Position numbers and translations under genes: made by a program. Below are positions 10,544-20,939 of a stretch of 64,000 nt of DNA, piece by piece. This DNA is from Squalus acanthias (lineage: Eukaryota). The stretch's first letter is position 1, and each line of letters starts with the position of its first letter. The stretch covers positions 186,001-250,000 of the forward strand of contig JASTWF010000328.1 of the NCBI GenBank assembly GCA_030390025.1. Direction: 5' to 3'. The notes under the pieces are model-generated. The model was not told the DNA's origin. It saw only the letters and a program-made list of their open reading frames with translations, and made no database searches.

Positions 10544-12703
10544 CTAACGGAGGGGAGGGAGCGCGGTCACCGACGACCGCCACTCCCTCAGCAGCCCAGT
10601 GTGGAAACTCTTGAGCCGACGCAGCTCGAGCCGGCCAACGTCCTTGTCCGCGCCCATGATTTTAACGGCGGCGCGGACGGACACGACGAGCAGCGCCAGC
10701 TCCGACCACTTGTCGAGGGCCAGCCGGATCTTCTTGTGACGACCCTGGCTCATGGCCATAAAATCCCGGAGTTCCCCTACGGGGATGAGGGGAGAGTTGG
10801 TGAAGGGCACGAGGGCATCCATCACCTCGCTGCCGATGGACTCCAAATCGTCCTCGATGCCCACCACCGAGTCCCCGTCCTCCTCCGGGAGGTCGTCACC
10901 GGCGGCCGACCCGTCCGTCGCACGGGGTGCAGCGAACGGCTCGGCCGCACCGGCCGGCCCCGCCTCCGTCACGATCCCACCCCCAGGATCGGTGGCAGAG
11001 GAGTCCACCCTGGGCTCCTTCAGGGGCGCCGGGCCGGGAGGCGGCGGCGGCGGTTCGGGGCCCCCCCCCCGCCTCAGGCGCCGGAGCGACCGGAGAAACC
11101 GGGGAGAAAATAATCTCAAATTCCTCCAGTACGTCCGGCGCCAACATCAGAGACGGAGTCAGGGGGCTTTCCGTCTCCCCGCCACCAACCTCCGACACAG
11201 CGGGCTGGGGATTGTTAAAGTCCTCCACCAGGTCGAGCAGTCCCTGGGAGATATCTGGATTGTAAAAGGCGGGCTCGGCTTCAGCCTCTTTGGCCTCGCC
11301 CGCCCCAGTCCCCAGGACGCCCGACCCGGCGAGGAGCAACGGTTCCGGAACTACATTTCCCTCCGCGGGTTGTTCCGCGCCCCCCCCCCCACGGGCAGGG
11401 TCTCTTCCCCATCCCCGGGAGGCACAGGTCGGACAGACTCGGCTGTCTCACCCTCCCGAGGGACAGACGACCCCTGCCGATCGCGCGCGACGATGACGGT
11501 GGTGGGGTGGGGCGCAGCACCCGCGGCGGGCGACTGCCCCCCTTTTGCGGAGGGACCTTCCTCCTCGCAGTCCTCCTGCTGGGGGCGGAGCTTTCTTTTT
11601 AACAAGTTGGGGCCCGGGGAGGGGGAGGCCTCCATGTCTGCTGGGGCCTCCCTCTCTGCCCCCTTCCGACGACTGGGTTTCTTGGGCCCCTCGGGCCCGA
11701 GCCCGGCCGCAGGTCTTGATTCAGCTGCCTCAGCAGTTGCCGTCACGGTCACGGGCCCGGGCACGAGGACCCCCCCAGTCTCATGCGTCCCGACCAACTC
11801 CGCGATATACTCGGGCGTGAGTTCGGTCAATTCCGATGTTTCCTCCGCGAGGGGATCCGCCCTTAGGTGTTTAGTTTTCCTACGCGCCTTCCTTCCCCCC
11901 GGACGCTCTCCCTCCTCCCCGCCGGAGGCCGTGGTGGTGTTGGCCTCCGATTCCGACCGCGCATCCGTCGCCGTCGACGCGCGGACAGCATCAGGGGGAG
12001 GGGGGGCGGCGGCGCCAACCCTGGCCGCGCCAGGTGTCGTGGCGGCCTTGGAGGCGGGGCAGTTTTTGCGGACGTGCCCCACCTCCTTACAGGCGTAGCA
12101 CCGCTCGCCGTCCGAGGTCCAGAAGACGCGGTGGGCGGTCCCCCCGTGGAGCACCGTGAACGCGCCATCCGCGTCCTCCTCCCGCGCCAGCCAGACGAAA
12201 AGCTGGCGCCGGAAGGAGAAGACGTGCCGAAGGCTGGCTTCCCGGAAGCCGAGCGGGATGGGTGTGATCCCCGACCTCACCTCCCCCAGTTGACGTAGGT
12301 GGGGGAGGAGGAGCTCACCCGGAACAAAGGGCGGGACGTTGGAAACCACAATCCTTTGCGCGGTGGCCTCAAGGGGGTCCACCGGCAGGAAGGTCCCGCC
12401 CACGGTGAGCCCCTTCTCGATGGCCAGGGACACCGCCCGCTCCGACCCCAGGAAGAACACAGCCTTGCCGTACATTTTAGAGGCGGCGACGATGGCTGAA
12501 GGGCCGACAACCCCAGCCATGGCTTTAACGCACGCCTCTATAGTCATGTTGGGGTGAGTGTAGCTCTTGACCCCATTCTTCCTCGTAAGGAGGGTAAAAG
12601 GTGACGGGGTAACAGGAGGACTCGTGGCTGCGGCCGTGGCCGCGGCTGCCACGCTCGCATACGTCCTCGCTGCCCCCGCCACCGACGAAGATGTACTCGC
12701 CAT
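10544..12703 (-). pseudogene. Tx1 ORF1 copy A, split by homopolymer indels
   Basis: Matches copy B ORF1 but has C11 vs C9 at ~11380-11390 and C10 vs C9 at 11061-11070, giving a stop at 11351. Confidence 0.85.
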
Positions 12704-13803
12704 AATGGAGGGTTCTTTAAGGGCTACACTCACCCCAAGTCACAGGCCTGAAGGTGTTAATGGCCTCGGTTTTTTATTTCTGTTTTCCCCTGAGCAGAGG
12801 GAGCTCTTAAATTGAAGGCACACCTCTCCCTTTAGTTGATTGAATTAGGAGAGGGGCCTTCTCCCCTCTGCTCAATAGGTACTTAATTAAAATAGATTGA
12901 GGTGCCTCTTAGAGAGAGAGGCAGAGAGAGACAAGAGACAAAGAGAGAGAGAGAGGGGGGGGTGGGAAGGAGGGAAGCCGCAAGGGCAGGGTCGCCACTC
13001 AGGATGGTGGGTGGGTGGGTGTTGGCAGGGGGGGTGCACTCTCCGATGTAATAAAAGTCTCTGGTGGTGGTCTTCTGGTGGGGGGAGAAGATGTCTTCAC
13101 CTGGGATAGCTGGAGATGCCCAGGCTCAGTCCTGCACCAGGTCTTAACGATGCCCAATTGGATTAAATTAATTGGGGAACTTCACCTAGGCAGCTCCAGC
13201 TGGCCCAGGTCAGGCAATGGGAAAGGGGTGTTTAATATGGTGTGTGCGGCCTAGGTTTTACAAAAGCCACACACACACACACACACCCCTTGGATGTTCC
13301 GGCCCTCTTCTTATCTTCTTTCCTCCCCCCACCTACAAAACAAAGTCTCTGGGAGAGTGCACCAGAATCACACCCACCTGTAGCTGATGTTCTTTCCTTC
13401 CTTCCTCCTTCCAAACAGATGATGTTGTGTTGTTTTCTCCCCTCTCTCCCTCTCCTAAAAATGGAGGCCAATTGAGGAGGCAGTGTGGAAAGGCCTCTCC
13501 TCTGTTGTTAATGGCCTTGGCCTTTCCTTCTTTTCCTTCTCCTCTCCTGTCCTCCCTCTCCAGGCACCTCAGTTGTGGTTGTTGTTGGTTGTTGGTGGTG
13601 GTCTGCTATCTGGTCTCCTTCTCCTTCTCCTCTTCCTGGTCACAGAGACCACCACTCTGATGCTGCTGCTCCTCAGTCAGCAGCTCCGAAAGCTTGTGAT
13701 TTCAAATCAAGCTGTTGGACTATAACCTGGTGTTGATCTTTTTGGTTTGACAGAACGCAAATTTACTGTAAATCAATTAAAACTTGAAATGAAACTTAAT
13801 AAA

Positions 13804-16800
13804 TCAAATTAAAATTTGAAAGTCCGGGGTGACGATGCACTCCAGTCCCCGCGGCGCCCACCGGTCGCGGAAAAACTCAAGCGTGCCGGCGGACACCGCG
13901 TGCTCCATCTCCAGGGCCACCCGGGCGCGAACATGGCCGCGGAAGAGAGGCAGGCAATCGGGCCGAACGACCCCCTCGACCGCCCGCTGCCTGGACCAAT
14001 TAATGGCTTTCTTGGCCAGGCCCAGGAGCAGTCCTACGAGGAGGTCCTCCGACCTACCCTGTCCCCTCCGCACCGGGTGACCGTAGATCAGGAGCGTGGG
14101 GCTGAAGTGCAACCAGAAATTGAGGAGCAGCCCCTTCAAATAATGAAAGAGGGGCTGCAACCTCTCACATTCAACATAAATGTGATAAACGGACTCCTCC
14201 AGGCCGCAAAAATGGCAAGCAGCCTGGGAGTCCGTAAACCTACTTAAAATCCTATTGCACGGGACTGCTCCGTGCAACACCCTCCAGGCCAAGTCCCCAA
14301 TAGAACAAGGGAAGACTCCCGCGTAGAGAGCCTTCCAATGGGGACCTTCGCCTCCGCCGGACGGCAGGATGGTACGCCAAGGCGTGTCCGGACGGCAGAC
14401 GAAGATGGCAAAGTGGAGAGTGTGCAGGAGCAGCCCGTACAGGAAACGCCTCCGTGCGGATTGAAAGGGCACGGAGGGCATTTCTCCGAGAAGGCTCAAG
14501 TGGTGAGGCGGCGGCTCCCGAGGGAGGATTCGGGGCCGGGCGCCGATAAGGAATTCCGTCCGAACGGGGGTCAGTTCGGACGGGATCGCCCCACGTGCTT
14601 GAGCCTCCTCGACACACCTAGTGGAGACGGGGCCCAGTGCCACTTTTAGCGACTCGATGGCTTTGACCGCGAGCCGGACGTTGACCCAAGACATGCGCCT
14701 CGCCAACTCCTCCGGCGCCATCCAGCCCGCTCCTCCGCCATCGAGCAGGTCCCCGACTCTGGTCACCTTACCGGGCACAGCCCTGCCCTCCGCCAGCCAG
14801 CCGAACCCGCGGTCGTGGAGGTGCGGATTCCTGAACAGCGGCTCCCGAAGGACGGCCGCCGCTCCTGACGGGGGAGAACTGCGCTCGGAGGCGACGCTGT
14901 TCCAAACCCATAGCAGTTCCTGGTAGAAGACAGGCAGCTCCCGCAGGCTGGCACGCGTGCCACCCACTCTCACAAACAGGAGCTGCGTGTCGTAATTGAG
15001 GCCGTGCAGCTGGCGGAAGAAATACGTCGCCAGCGCACGCCACCTAGGAGGATTCTCCACGTACAGGTATCTCTGCAGCGTCTGAAGACGGAAAGTCGCC
15101 ACCTGGGTGCGAAGGCACACCAGCGCCTGACCGCCCTCCCTAAGCGGGAGACTCAAAACCGCGGCAGAGACCCAGTGCTTCCTTTTGTCCCAGAAGAAGT
15201 CGACGAGCTTCTTCTGCATCTTGGCGACAAACGCAGGGGGAGGGATCAAAGTGATCAACCGGTACCACAACATGGCGGCCACCAGCTGGTTTATGACCAG
15301 CGCTCGACCCCTGTAGGACAACACTCGGAGCAGTCCTGTCCAGCGTCCTAGGCGAGCGGTGACTTTGGCCTCCAGCTCTTGCCAGTTCGCCGGCCAGGCG
15401 TCCTCGGCCGGGCTGAGGTAGACTCCCAGGTAGAGGAGGTGCGTGGTGCTCCAGGCGAAAGGCCCGAACTCCTCCGGCAGGGAGTCCACCTGCCATGGGC
15501 CCACCAGGAGTCCAGAACATTTCTCCCAGTTGATCTTGGCGGAGGATGCGTCCGAGTAAATCTGCTGGCATTCTCGCATCCTCCGCAAGTCGACGGGATC
15601 CGTGACCGCGAGGAGCACGTCATCGGCGTAAGCCGAGAGGACCACCTCCACGCCCGGCCCTTGCAGAGCCAGTCCCGTCAACCTCTTCCGCAAGAGGCGC
15701 AGGAAAGGCTCCACGCAAACGGCGTATAACTGACCGGACATGGGGCATCCCTGACGCACCCCCCTCCCGAAGCGAAGGGGCGCCGTCAAAGACCCGTTAA
15801 CTTTAATCAGACACTCCGCGGCGGCGTACAGAAGTCGGATCCGGGCGACGAAATGCGTCCCGAACCCGAATGCGCGCAGAGTCCCGAAAAGATACTCGTG
15901 ATCCACCCTGTCGAACGCCTTCTCCTGATCCAGGGAAAGGAAGGCGACCGACAGACCAGCCCTCTGGGAATGGTGGACCAGGTCCCGGACCAGATGGATG
16001 TTATCGTGGATACTCCGGCCCGGGACCGTGTAGGACTGGTCGGGGTGGATCATGCGGGCCAGCACGGTGCCAAGGCGAGCAGACATAGCCCTGGCGAAAA
16101 TTTTGTAGTCCGTGCTGAGGAGGGAGACCGGGCGCCAGTTCTTAAGTAGGCGGAGATCGCCCTTCTTGGGCAGCAGGACGATGACCGCCCTGCGCCAAGA
16201 GAGGGGCATCTCCCCGGTCGCCAGACTTTCCCCCAGGACCCGCGCGTAGTCGTCCCCCAAGACGTCCCAGAACGCCCTGTGGAACTCCACGGTCAGCCCG
16301 TCCAGCCCCGGGGACTTGCCCCTCGAGAGCTGGCGCAGGGCGCCGGTCAGCTCCGCCAGGCTTAGCGGAGCTTCTAAATTCTCGGCGCCCTCCGGGCCGA
16401 CCTTCGGCAGGTCCTCCCACAAAACTCTGCGCGCATCCTCGCTGGACGGATCCGAAGAGAACAGAGCCCCGTAATAGGCCCGGGCCTCCGCGCTGATGCC
16501 CTCCGGATCCGAGACCAGAGATCCGTCGTCGGCCAGCAGCCCCAAGAGCTGCTTACGGACCCCCCGTCTTTTTTCCAGCGAGTAGAAGAAGGGGGAGCCG
16601 CGGTCCAGGTCCCGCAGGAACTGGATCCGCGACCTCACGTACGCGCCTCGGGACCCGACCAGCTGCAGGTCCTTCAGCGCGCCCTTCTTCTCTTCGTACA
16701 CCTTCCGCAGGGCCGGGTCCTCGACGACTTGACCGAGACGGGACTCCAGGTCGAGCACTTCTTTCTCCAATCGCCCGACCCGGGCCTCCCGCCTCTTGGT

Positions 16801-17703
16801 CGACCCCTTCGCGTACTCCTGACAGAAGACGCGGACGTGAGCCTTGCCCACGTCCCACCATAGCCTCAAGGAGGGGAAGCCTCCCCGCTTCCTTCTCCAG
16901 TCGGCCCAGAACCGGCGAAACGAATCCCGGAACCGCGCGTCCTCCAGCAGCAGGTTGTTAAAATGCCAGTACGCGGACCCCCCCCGCGCGCGCAGCGGAG
17001 CGAGCTCCGCCCACACCAGGTGGTGGTCCGTGCACGGCACCGGCCGCATGGAAGCCGCCGGAACGCAGGAGACGTACGCCCGGGAAATGTAAAGGCGGTC
17101 GATTCTGGACCTTCCTCCTCCAGACCTCACGCTCGTGAAGGCGCTGGAGTCGGGATGGAGATTTCGCCAGACGTCCACCAAGTCGAAGGACCCGACCAGG
17201 TCCCGCAACTTCTCCATCGCCGCCGGGCTTCGCGGGGGACCCGACCGGTCCCGCGCCTCGAGGGTACAATTGAAATCCCCCCCGAGGATGACGCACTCGC
17301 CCACGTCGATGGAGCCCAGAAGAGCGGACACTTCTCCGAAGAAGCGCACTTGCTGCGCACCGGTCCGGGGGGCGTACACGTTCACTAAATGGAGCGGCAC
17401 GCCTCCCAGGCGAACAGTGACCTGGAGCAAGCGGCCCGGCACGTGCTCCTTGACCCTCAAGATCTCCGGCTGAAAATGCGGGGCCAGCAAGACAGCCACC
17501 CCGCAGGAATTGTTGGAGAGGTGACTCATGCTGACCCCTCCTTGCCACTCCAGGAGCCACGTGGCCTCGTCTCCCGGAACGGTGTGGGTTTCTTGCAGGA
17601 AGCACACCGCATATTTCCCGTCCCGAAGGACCGAGAAGTTATTGAATCTACGGCGCGCCTCCCTGCTGCCGTTGATGTTGAGGCTGGCTATGGTTATCTT
17701 CAT
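13804..17703 (-). CDS. Tx1 ORF2 (APE-RT-zf), intact
   Basis: Same motifs as copy A. First ATG at 17703. Confidence 0.95.
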   Translation of the reverse strand: MKITIASLNINGSREARRRFNNFSVLRDGKYAVCFLQETHTVPGDEATWLLEWQGGVSMSHLSNNSCGVAVLLAPHFQPEILRVKEHVPGRLLQVTVRLGGVPLHLVNVYAPRTGAQQVRFFGEVSALLGSIDVGECVILGGDFNCTLEARDRSGPPRSPAAMEKLRDLVGSFDLVDVWRNLHPDSSAFTSVRSGGGRSRIDRLYISRAYVSCVPAASMRPVPCTDHHLVWAELAPLRARGGSAYWHFNNLLLEDARFRDSFRRFWADWRRKRGGFPSLRLWWDVGKAHVRVFCQEYAKGSTKRREARVGRLEKEVLDLESRLGQVVEDPALRKVYEEKKGALKDLQLVGSRGAYVRSRIQFLRDLDRGSPFFYSLEKRRGVRKQLLGLLADDGSLVSDPEGISAEARAYYGALFSSDPSSEDARRVLWEDLPKVGPEGAENLEAPLSLAELTGALRQLSRGKSPGLDGLTVEFHRAFWDVLGDDYARVLGESLATGEMPLSWRRAVIVLLPKKGDLRLLKNWRPVSLLSTDYKIFARAMSARLGTVLARMIHPDQSYTVPGRSIHDNIHLVRDLVHHSQRAGLSVAFLSLDQEKAFDRVDHEYLFGTLRAFGFGTHFVARIRLLYAAAECLIKVNGSLTAPLRFGRGVRQGCPMSGQLYAVCVEPFLRLLRKRLTGLALQGPGVEVVLSAYADDVLLAVTDPVDLRRMRECQQIYSDASSAKINWEKCSGLLVGPWQVDSLPEEFGPFAWSTTHLLYLGVYLSPAEDAWPANWQELEAKVTARLGRWTGLLRVLSYRGRALVINQLVAAMLWYRLITLIPPPAFVAKMQKKLVDFFWDKRKHWVSAAVLSLPLREGGQALVCLRTQVATFRLQTLQRYLYVENPPRWRALATYFFRQLHGLNYDTQLLFVRVGGTRASLRELPVFYQELLWVWNSVASERSSPPSGAAAVLREPLFRNPHLHDRGFGWLAEGRAVPGKVTRVGDLLDGGGAGWMAPEELARRMSWVNVRLAVKAIESLKVALGPVSTRCVEEAQARGAIPSELTPVRTEFLIGARPRILPREPPPHHLSLLGEMPSVPFQSARRRFLYGLLLHTLHFAIFVCRPDTPWRTILPSGGGEGPHWKALYAGVFPCSIGDLAWRVLHGAVPCNRILSRFTDSQAACHFCGLEESVYHIYVECERLQPLFHYLKGLLLNFWLHFSPTLLIYGHPVRRGQGRSEDLLVGLLLGLAKKAINWSRQRAVEGVVRPDCLPLFRGHVRARVALEMEHAVSAGTLEFFRDRWAPRGLECIVTPDFQILI

Positions 17704-17728
17704 CTCAGAAGCATAGTGCAACCTCTAC

Positions 17729-19885
17729 CTAACGGAGGGGAGGGAGGGCGGTCACTGACGACCGCCACTCCCTCAGCAGCCCAGTGTGGAACGTCTTGAG
17801 CCGACGCAGCTCGAGCCGGCCAACGTCCTTGTCCGCGCCCATGATTTTAACGGCGGCGCGGACGGACACGACGAGCAGCGTCAGCTCCGACCACTTGTCG
17901 AGGGCCAGCCGGATCTTCTTGTGACGACCCTGGCTCACGGCCATAAAATCCCGGAGTTCCCCTACGGGGATGAGGGGAGAGTCGGTGAAGGGCACGAGGG
18001 CGTCCATCGCCTCGCTGCCGATGGACTCCAAATCGTCCTCGATGCCCCCCACCGAGTCCCCGTCCTCCTCCGGGAGGTCGTCACCGGCGGCCAACCCGTC
18101 CGTCACACAGGGTGCAGCGAACGGCTCGGCCGCACCGGCCGGCCCCGCCTCCGTCACGATCCCACCCCCAGGATCGGTGGCAGAGGAGTCCACCCTGGGC
18201 TCCTTCAGGGGCGCCGGGCCGGGAGGCGGCGGCGGCGGTTCGGGGCCCCCCCCCGCCTCAGGCGCCGGGGCGACCGGAGAAACCGGGGAGAAAATAATCC
18301 CAAATTCCTCCAGCACGTCCGGCGCCAACAACAGAGACGGAGTCAGGGGGCTTTCCGTCTCCCCGCCACCAACCTCCGACCCAGCGGGCTGGGGATTGCT
18401 ACACTCCTCCACCAGGTCGAGCAGTCCCTGGGAGATATCTGGGTTATAAAAGGCGGGCTCGGCTTCAGCCTCTTTGGCCTCGCCCGCCCCAGTCCCCAGG
18501 ACGCCCGACCCGGCGAGGAGCAACGGTTCCGTAACTACATTTCCCTCCGCGGGTTGTTCCGCGCCCCCCCCCACGGGCAGGGTCTCTTCCCCATCCCCGG
18601 GAGGCACAGGTCGGACAGACTCCGCTGTCTCACCCTCCCGAGGGACAGACGACCCCTGCCGATCGCGCGCGACGATGACGGTGGTGGGGTGGGGCGCAGC
18701 ACCCGCGGCGGGCGACTGGCCCCCTTTTGCGGAGGGACCTTCCTCCTCGCAGTCCTCCTGCTGGGGGCGGAGCTTTCTTTTTAACGTATTGGGGCCCGGA
18801 GAGGGGGAGGCCTCCATGTCTGCTGGGGCCTCCCTCTCTGCCCCCTTCCGACGACTGGGTTTCTTGGGCCCCTCGGGCCCGAGCCCGGCCGCAGGTCTTG
18901 ATTCAGCCGCCTCGGCAGTTGCGGTCACGGTCACGGGCCCGGGCACGAGGACCCCCCCAGTCTCATGCGTCCCGACCAACTCCGCGATATACTCGGGCGT
19001 GAGTTCGGCCAATTCAGATGTTTCCTCCGCGAGGGGATCCGCCCTTATGTGTTTATTTTTCCTACGCGCCTTCCTTCCCCCCGGACGCTCTCCCTCCTCC
19101 CCGCCGGAGGCCGTGGTGGAGTTGGCCTCCGATTTCGACCGCGCATCCGTCGCCGTCGACGCGCGGACAGTATCAGGGGGAGGGGGGGCGGCGGCGCCAA
19201 TCCTGGCCGCGCCAGGTGTCGTGGCGGCCTTGGAGGCGGGGCAGTTTTTGCGGACGTGCCCCACCTCCTTACAGGCGTAGCACCGCACGCCGTCCGAGGT
19301 CCAGAAGACGCGGTGGGCGGTCCCCCCGTGGAGCACCGTGAACGCGCCGTCCGCGTCCTCCTCCCGCGCCAGCCGGACGAAAAGCTGGCGCCGGAAGGAG
19401 AAGACGTGCCGAAGGCTGGCTTCCCGGAAGCCGAGCGGGATGGGTGTGATCCCCGACCTCACCTCCCCCAGTTGACGTAGGTGGGGGAGGAGGAGCTCAC
19501 CCGGAACAAAGGGCGGGACGTTGGAGACCACAATCCTTTGCGCGGTGGCCTCAAGGGGGTCCACCGGCAGGAAGGTCCCGCCCACGGTGAGCCCCTTCTC
19601 GATGGCCAGGGACACCGCCCGCTCCGACCCCAGGAAGAACACAGCCTTGCCGTACATTTTAGAGGCGGCGACGATGGCTGAAGGGCCGACAACCCCAGCC
19701 ATGGCTTTTACACACGCCTCTATAGTCATGTTGGGGTGAGTGTAGCTCTTGACCCCATTCTTCCTCGTAAGGAGGGTAAAAGGTGACGGGGTAACAGGAG
19801 GACTCGTGGCTGCGGCCGTGGCCGCGGCTGCCACGCTCGCATACGTCCTCGCTGCCCCCGCCACCGACGAAGATGTACTCGCCAT
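17729..19885 (-). CDS. Tx1 ORF1 (nucleic-acid-binding protein, CCHC zinc knuckle, long low-complexity tail)
   Basis: CYACKEVGHVRKNC knuckle; RIVVSNVPPFV RRM-like segment typical of Tx1 ORF1. First ATG at 19885. Confidence 0.9.
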   Translation of the reverse strand: MASTSSSVAGAARTYASVAAAATAAATSPPVTPSPFTLLTRKNGVKSYTHPNMTIEACVKAMAGVVGPSAIVAASKMYGKAVFFLGSERAVSLAIEKGLTVGGTFLPVDPLEATAQRIVVSNVPPFVPGELLLPHLRQLGEVRSGITPIPLGFREASLRHVFSFRRQLFVRLAREEDADGAFTVLHGGTAHRVFWTSDGVRCYACKEVGHVRKNCPASKAATTPGAARIGAAAPPPPDTVRASTATDARSKSEANSTTASGGEEGERPGGRKARRKNKHIRADPLAEETSELAELTPEYIAELVGTHETGGVLVPGPVTVTATAEAAESRPAAGLGPEGPKKPSRRKGAEREAPADMEASPSPGPNTLKRKLRPQQEDCEEEGPSAKGGQSPAAGAAPHPTTVIVARDRQGSSVPREGETAESVRPVPPGDGEETLPVGGGAEQPAEGNVVTEPLLLAGSGVLGTGAGEAKEAEAEPAFYNPDISQGLLDLVEECSNPQPAGSEVGGGETESPLTPSLLLAPDVLEEFGIIFSPVSPVAPAPEAGGGPEPPPPPPGPAPLKEPRVDSSATDPGGGIVTEAGPAGAAEPFAAPCVTDGLAAGDDLPEEDGDSVGGIEDDLESIGSEAMDALVPFTDSPLIPVGELRDFMAVSQGRHKKIRLALDKWSELTLLVVSVRAAVKIMGADKDVGRLELRRLKTFHTGLLREWRSSVTALPPLR

Positions 19886-20939
19886 AATGGAGGGTTCTTT
19901 AAGGGCTACACTCACCCCAAGTCACAGGCCTGAAGGTGTTAATGGCCTCGGTTTTTTTTGTTTTAGTTTTCCCCTGAGCAGAGGGAGCTCTTAAATTGAA
20001 GGCACACCTCTCCCTTTAGTTGATTGAATTGGGAGAGGGGCCTTCTCCCCTCTGCTCAATGGGTATTTAATAAAATGTTAATTGAGGTGCCTCTTAGAGA
20101 GAGAGGCAGAGAGAGACAGAGACAAAGAGAGAGAGAGAGAGGGGGTAGGAAGGAGGGAAGCCGCAAGGGCAGGGTCGCCACTCAGGATGGTGGGTGGGTG
20201 GGTGTTGGCAGGGGGGGTGCACTCTCCGATGTAATAAAAGTCTCTGGTGGTGGTCTTCTGGTGGGGGGAGAAGATGTCTTCACCTGGGATAGCTGGAGAT
20301 GCCCAGGCTCAGTCCTGCACCAGGTCTTAACGATGCCCAATTGGATTAAATTAATTGGGGAACTTCACCTAGGCAGCTCCAGCTGGCCCAGGTCAGGCAA
20401 TGGGAAAGGGGTGTTTAATATGGTGTGTGCGGCCTAGGTTTTACAAAAGCCACACACACACACACACACACCCCTTGGATGTTCCGGCCCTCTTCTTATC
20501 TTCTTTCCTCCCCCCACCTACAAAACAAAGTCTCTGGGAGAGTGCACCAGAATCACACCCACCTGTAGCTGATGTTCTTTCCTTCCTTCCTCCTTCCAAA
20601 CAGATGATGTTGTGTTGTTTTCTCCCCTCTCTCCCTCTCCTAAAAATGGAGGCCAATTGAGGAGGCAGTGTGGAAAGGCCTCTCCTCTGTTGTTAATGGC
20701 CTTGGCCTTTCCTTCTTTTCCTTCTCCTCTCCTGTCCTCCCTCTCCAGGCACCTCAGTTGTGGTTGTTGTTGGTTGTTGGTGGTGGTCTGCTATCTGGTC
20801 TCCTTCTCCTTCTCCTCTTCCTGGTCACAGAGACCACCACTCTGATGCTGCTGCTCCTCAGTCAGCAGCTCCGAAAGCTTGTGATTTCAAATCAAGCTGT
20901 TGGACTATAACCTGGTGTTGTGCGACCTCTCAGGAGGAG

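Larger units (their letters stand above)
6552..13735 (-). mobile_element. Full-length Tx1-clade non-LTR retrotransposon, copy A (7184 bp)
   Basis: ~1-kb 5' UTR, ORF1 with CCHC knuckle, ORF2 APE-RT-zf, short 3' UTR without poly(A). Bounded by the 24-bp direct repeat ctgttggactataacctggtgttg. Confidence 0.95.
13736..20920 (-). mobile_element. Full-length Tx1-clade non-LTR retrotransposon, copy B (7185 bp), both ORFs intact
   Basis: Colinear with and nearly identical to copy A. Same terminal 24-bp repeat at 20897-20920. Confidence 0.95.

Noticed and set aside
13657..13696. Possible reconstituted hammerhead in the Tx1 head (ctgat-GCTGCTG..CAGCAGC-tccgaaagctt)
   Set aside because: A hairpin exists, but the core reads CUGAUGC rather than CUGAnGA, the stem is offset from GAAA, and it is antisense to the Tx1 RNA.
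6604..20000. Numerous overlapping short ORFs in other frames or on the + strand of Tx1
   Set aside because: Shadow ORFs of GC-rich coding sequence with no recognisable domains.
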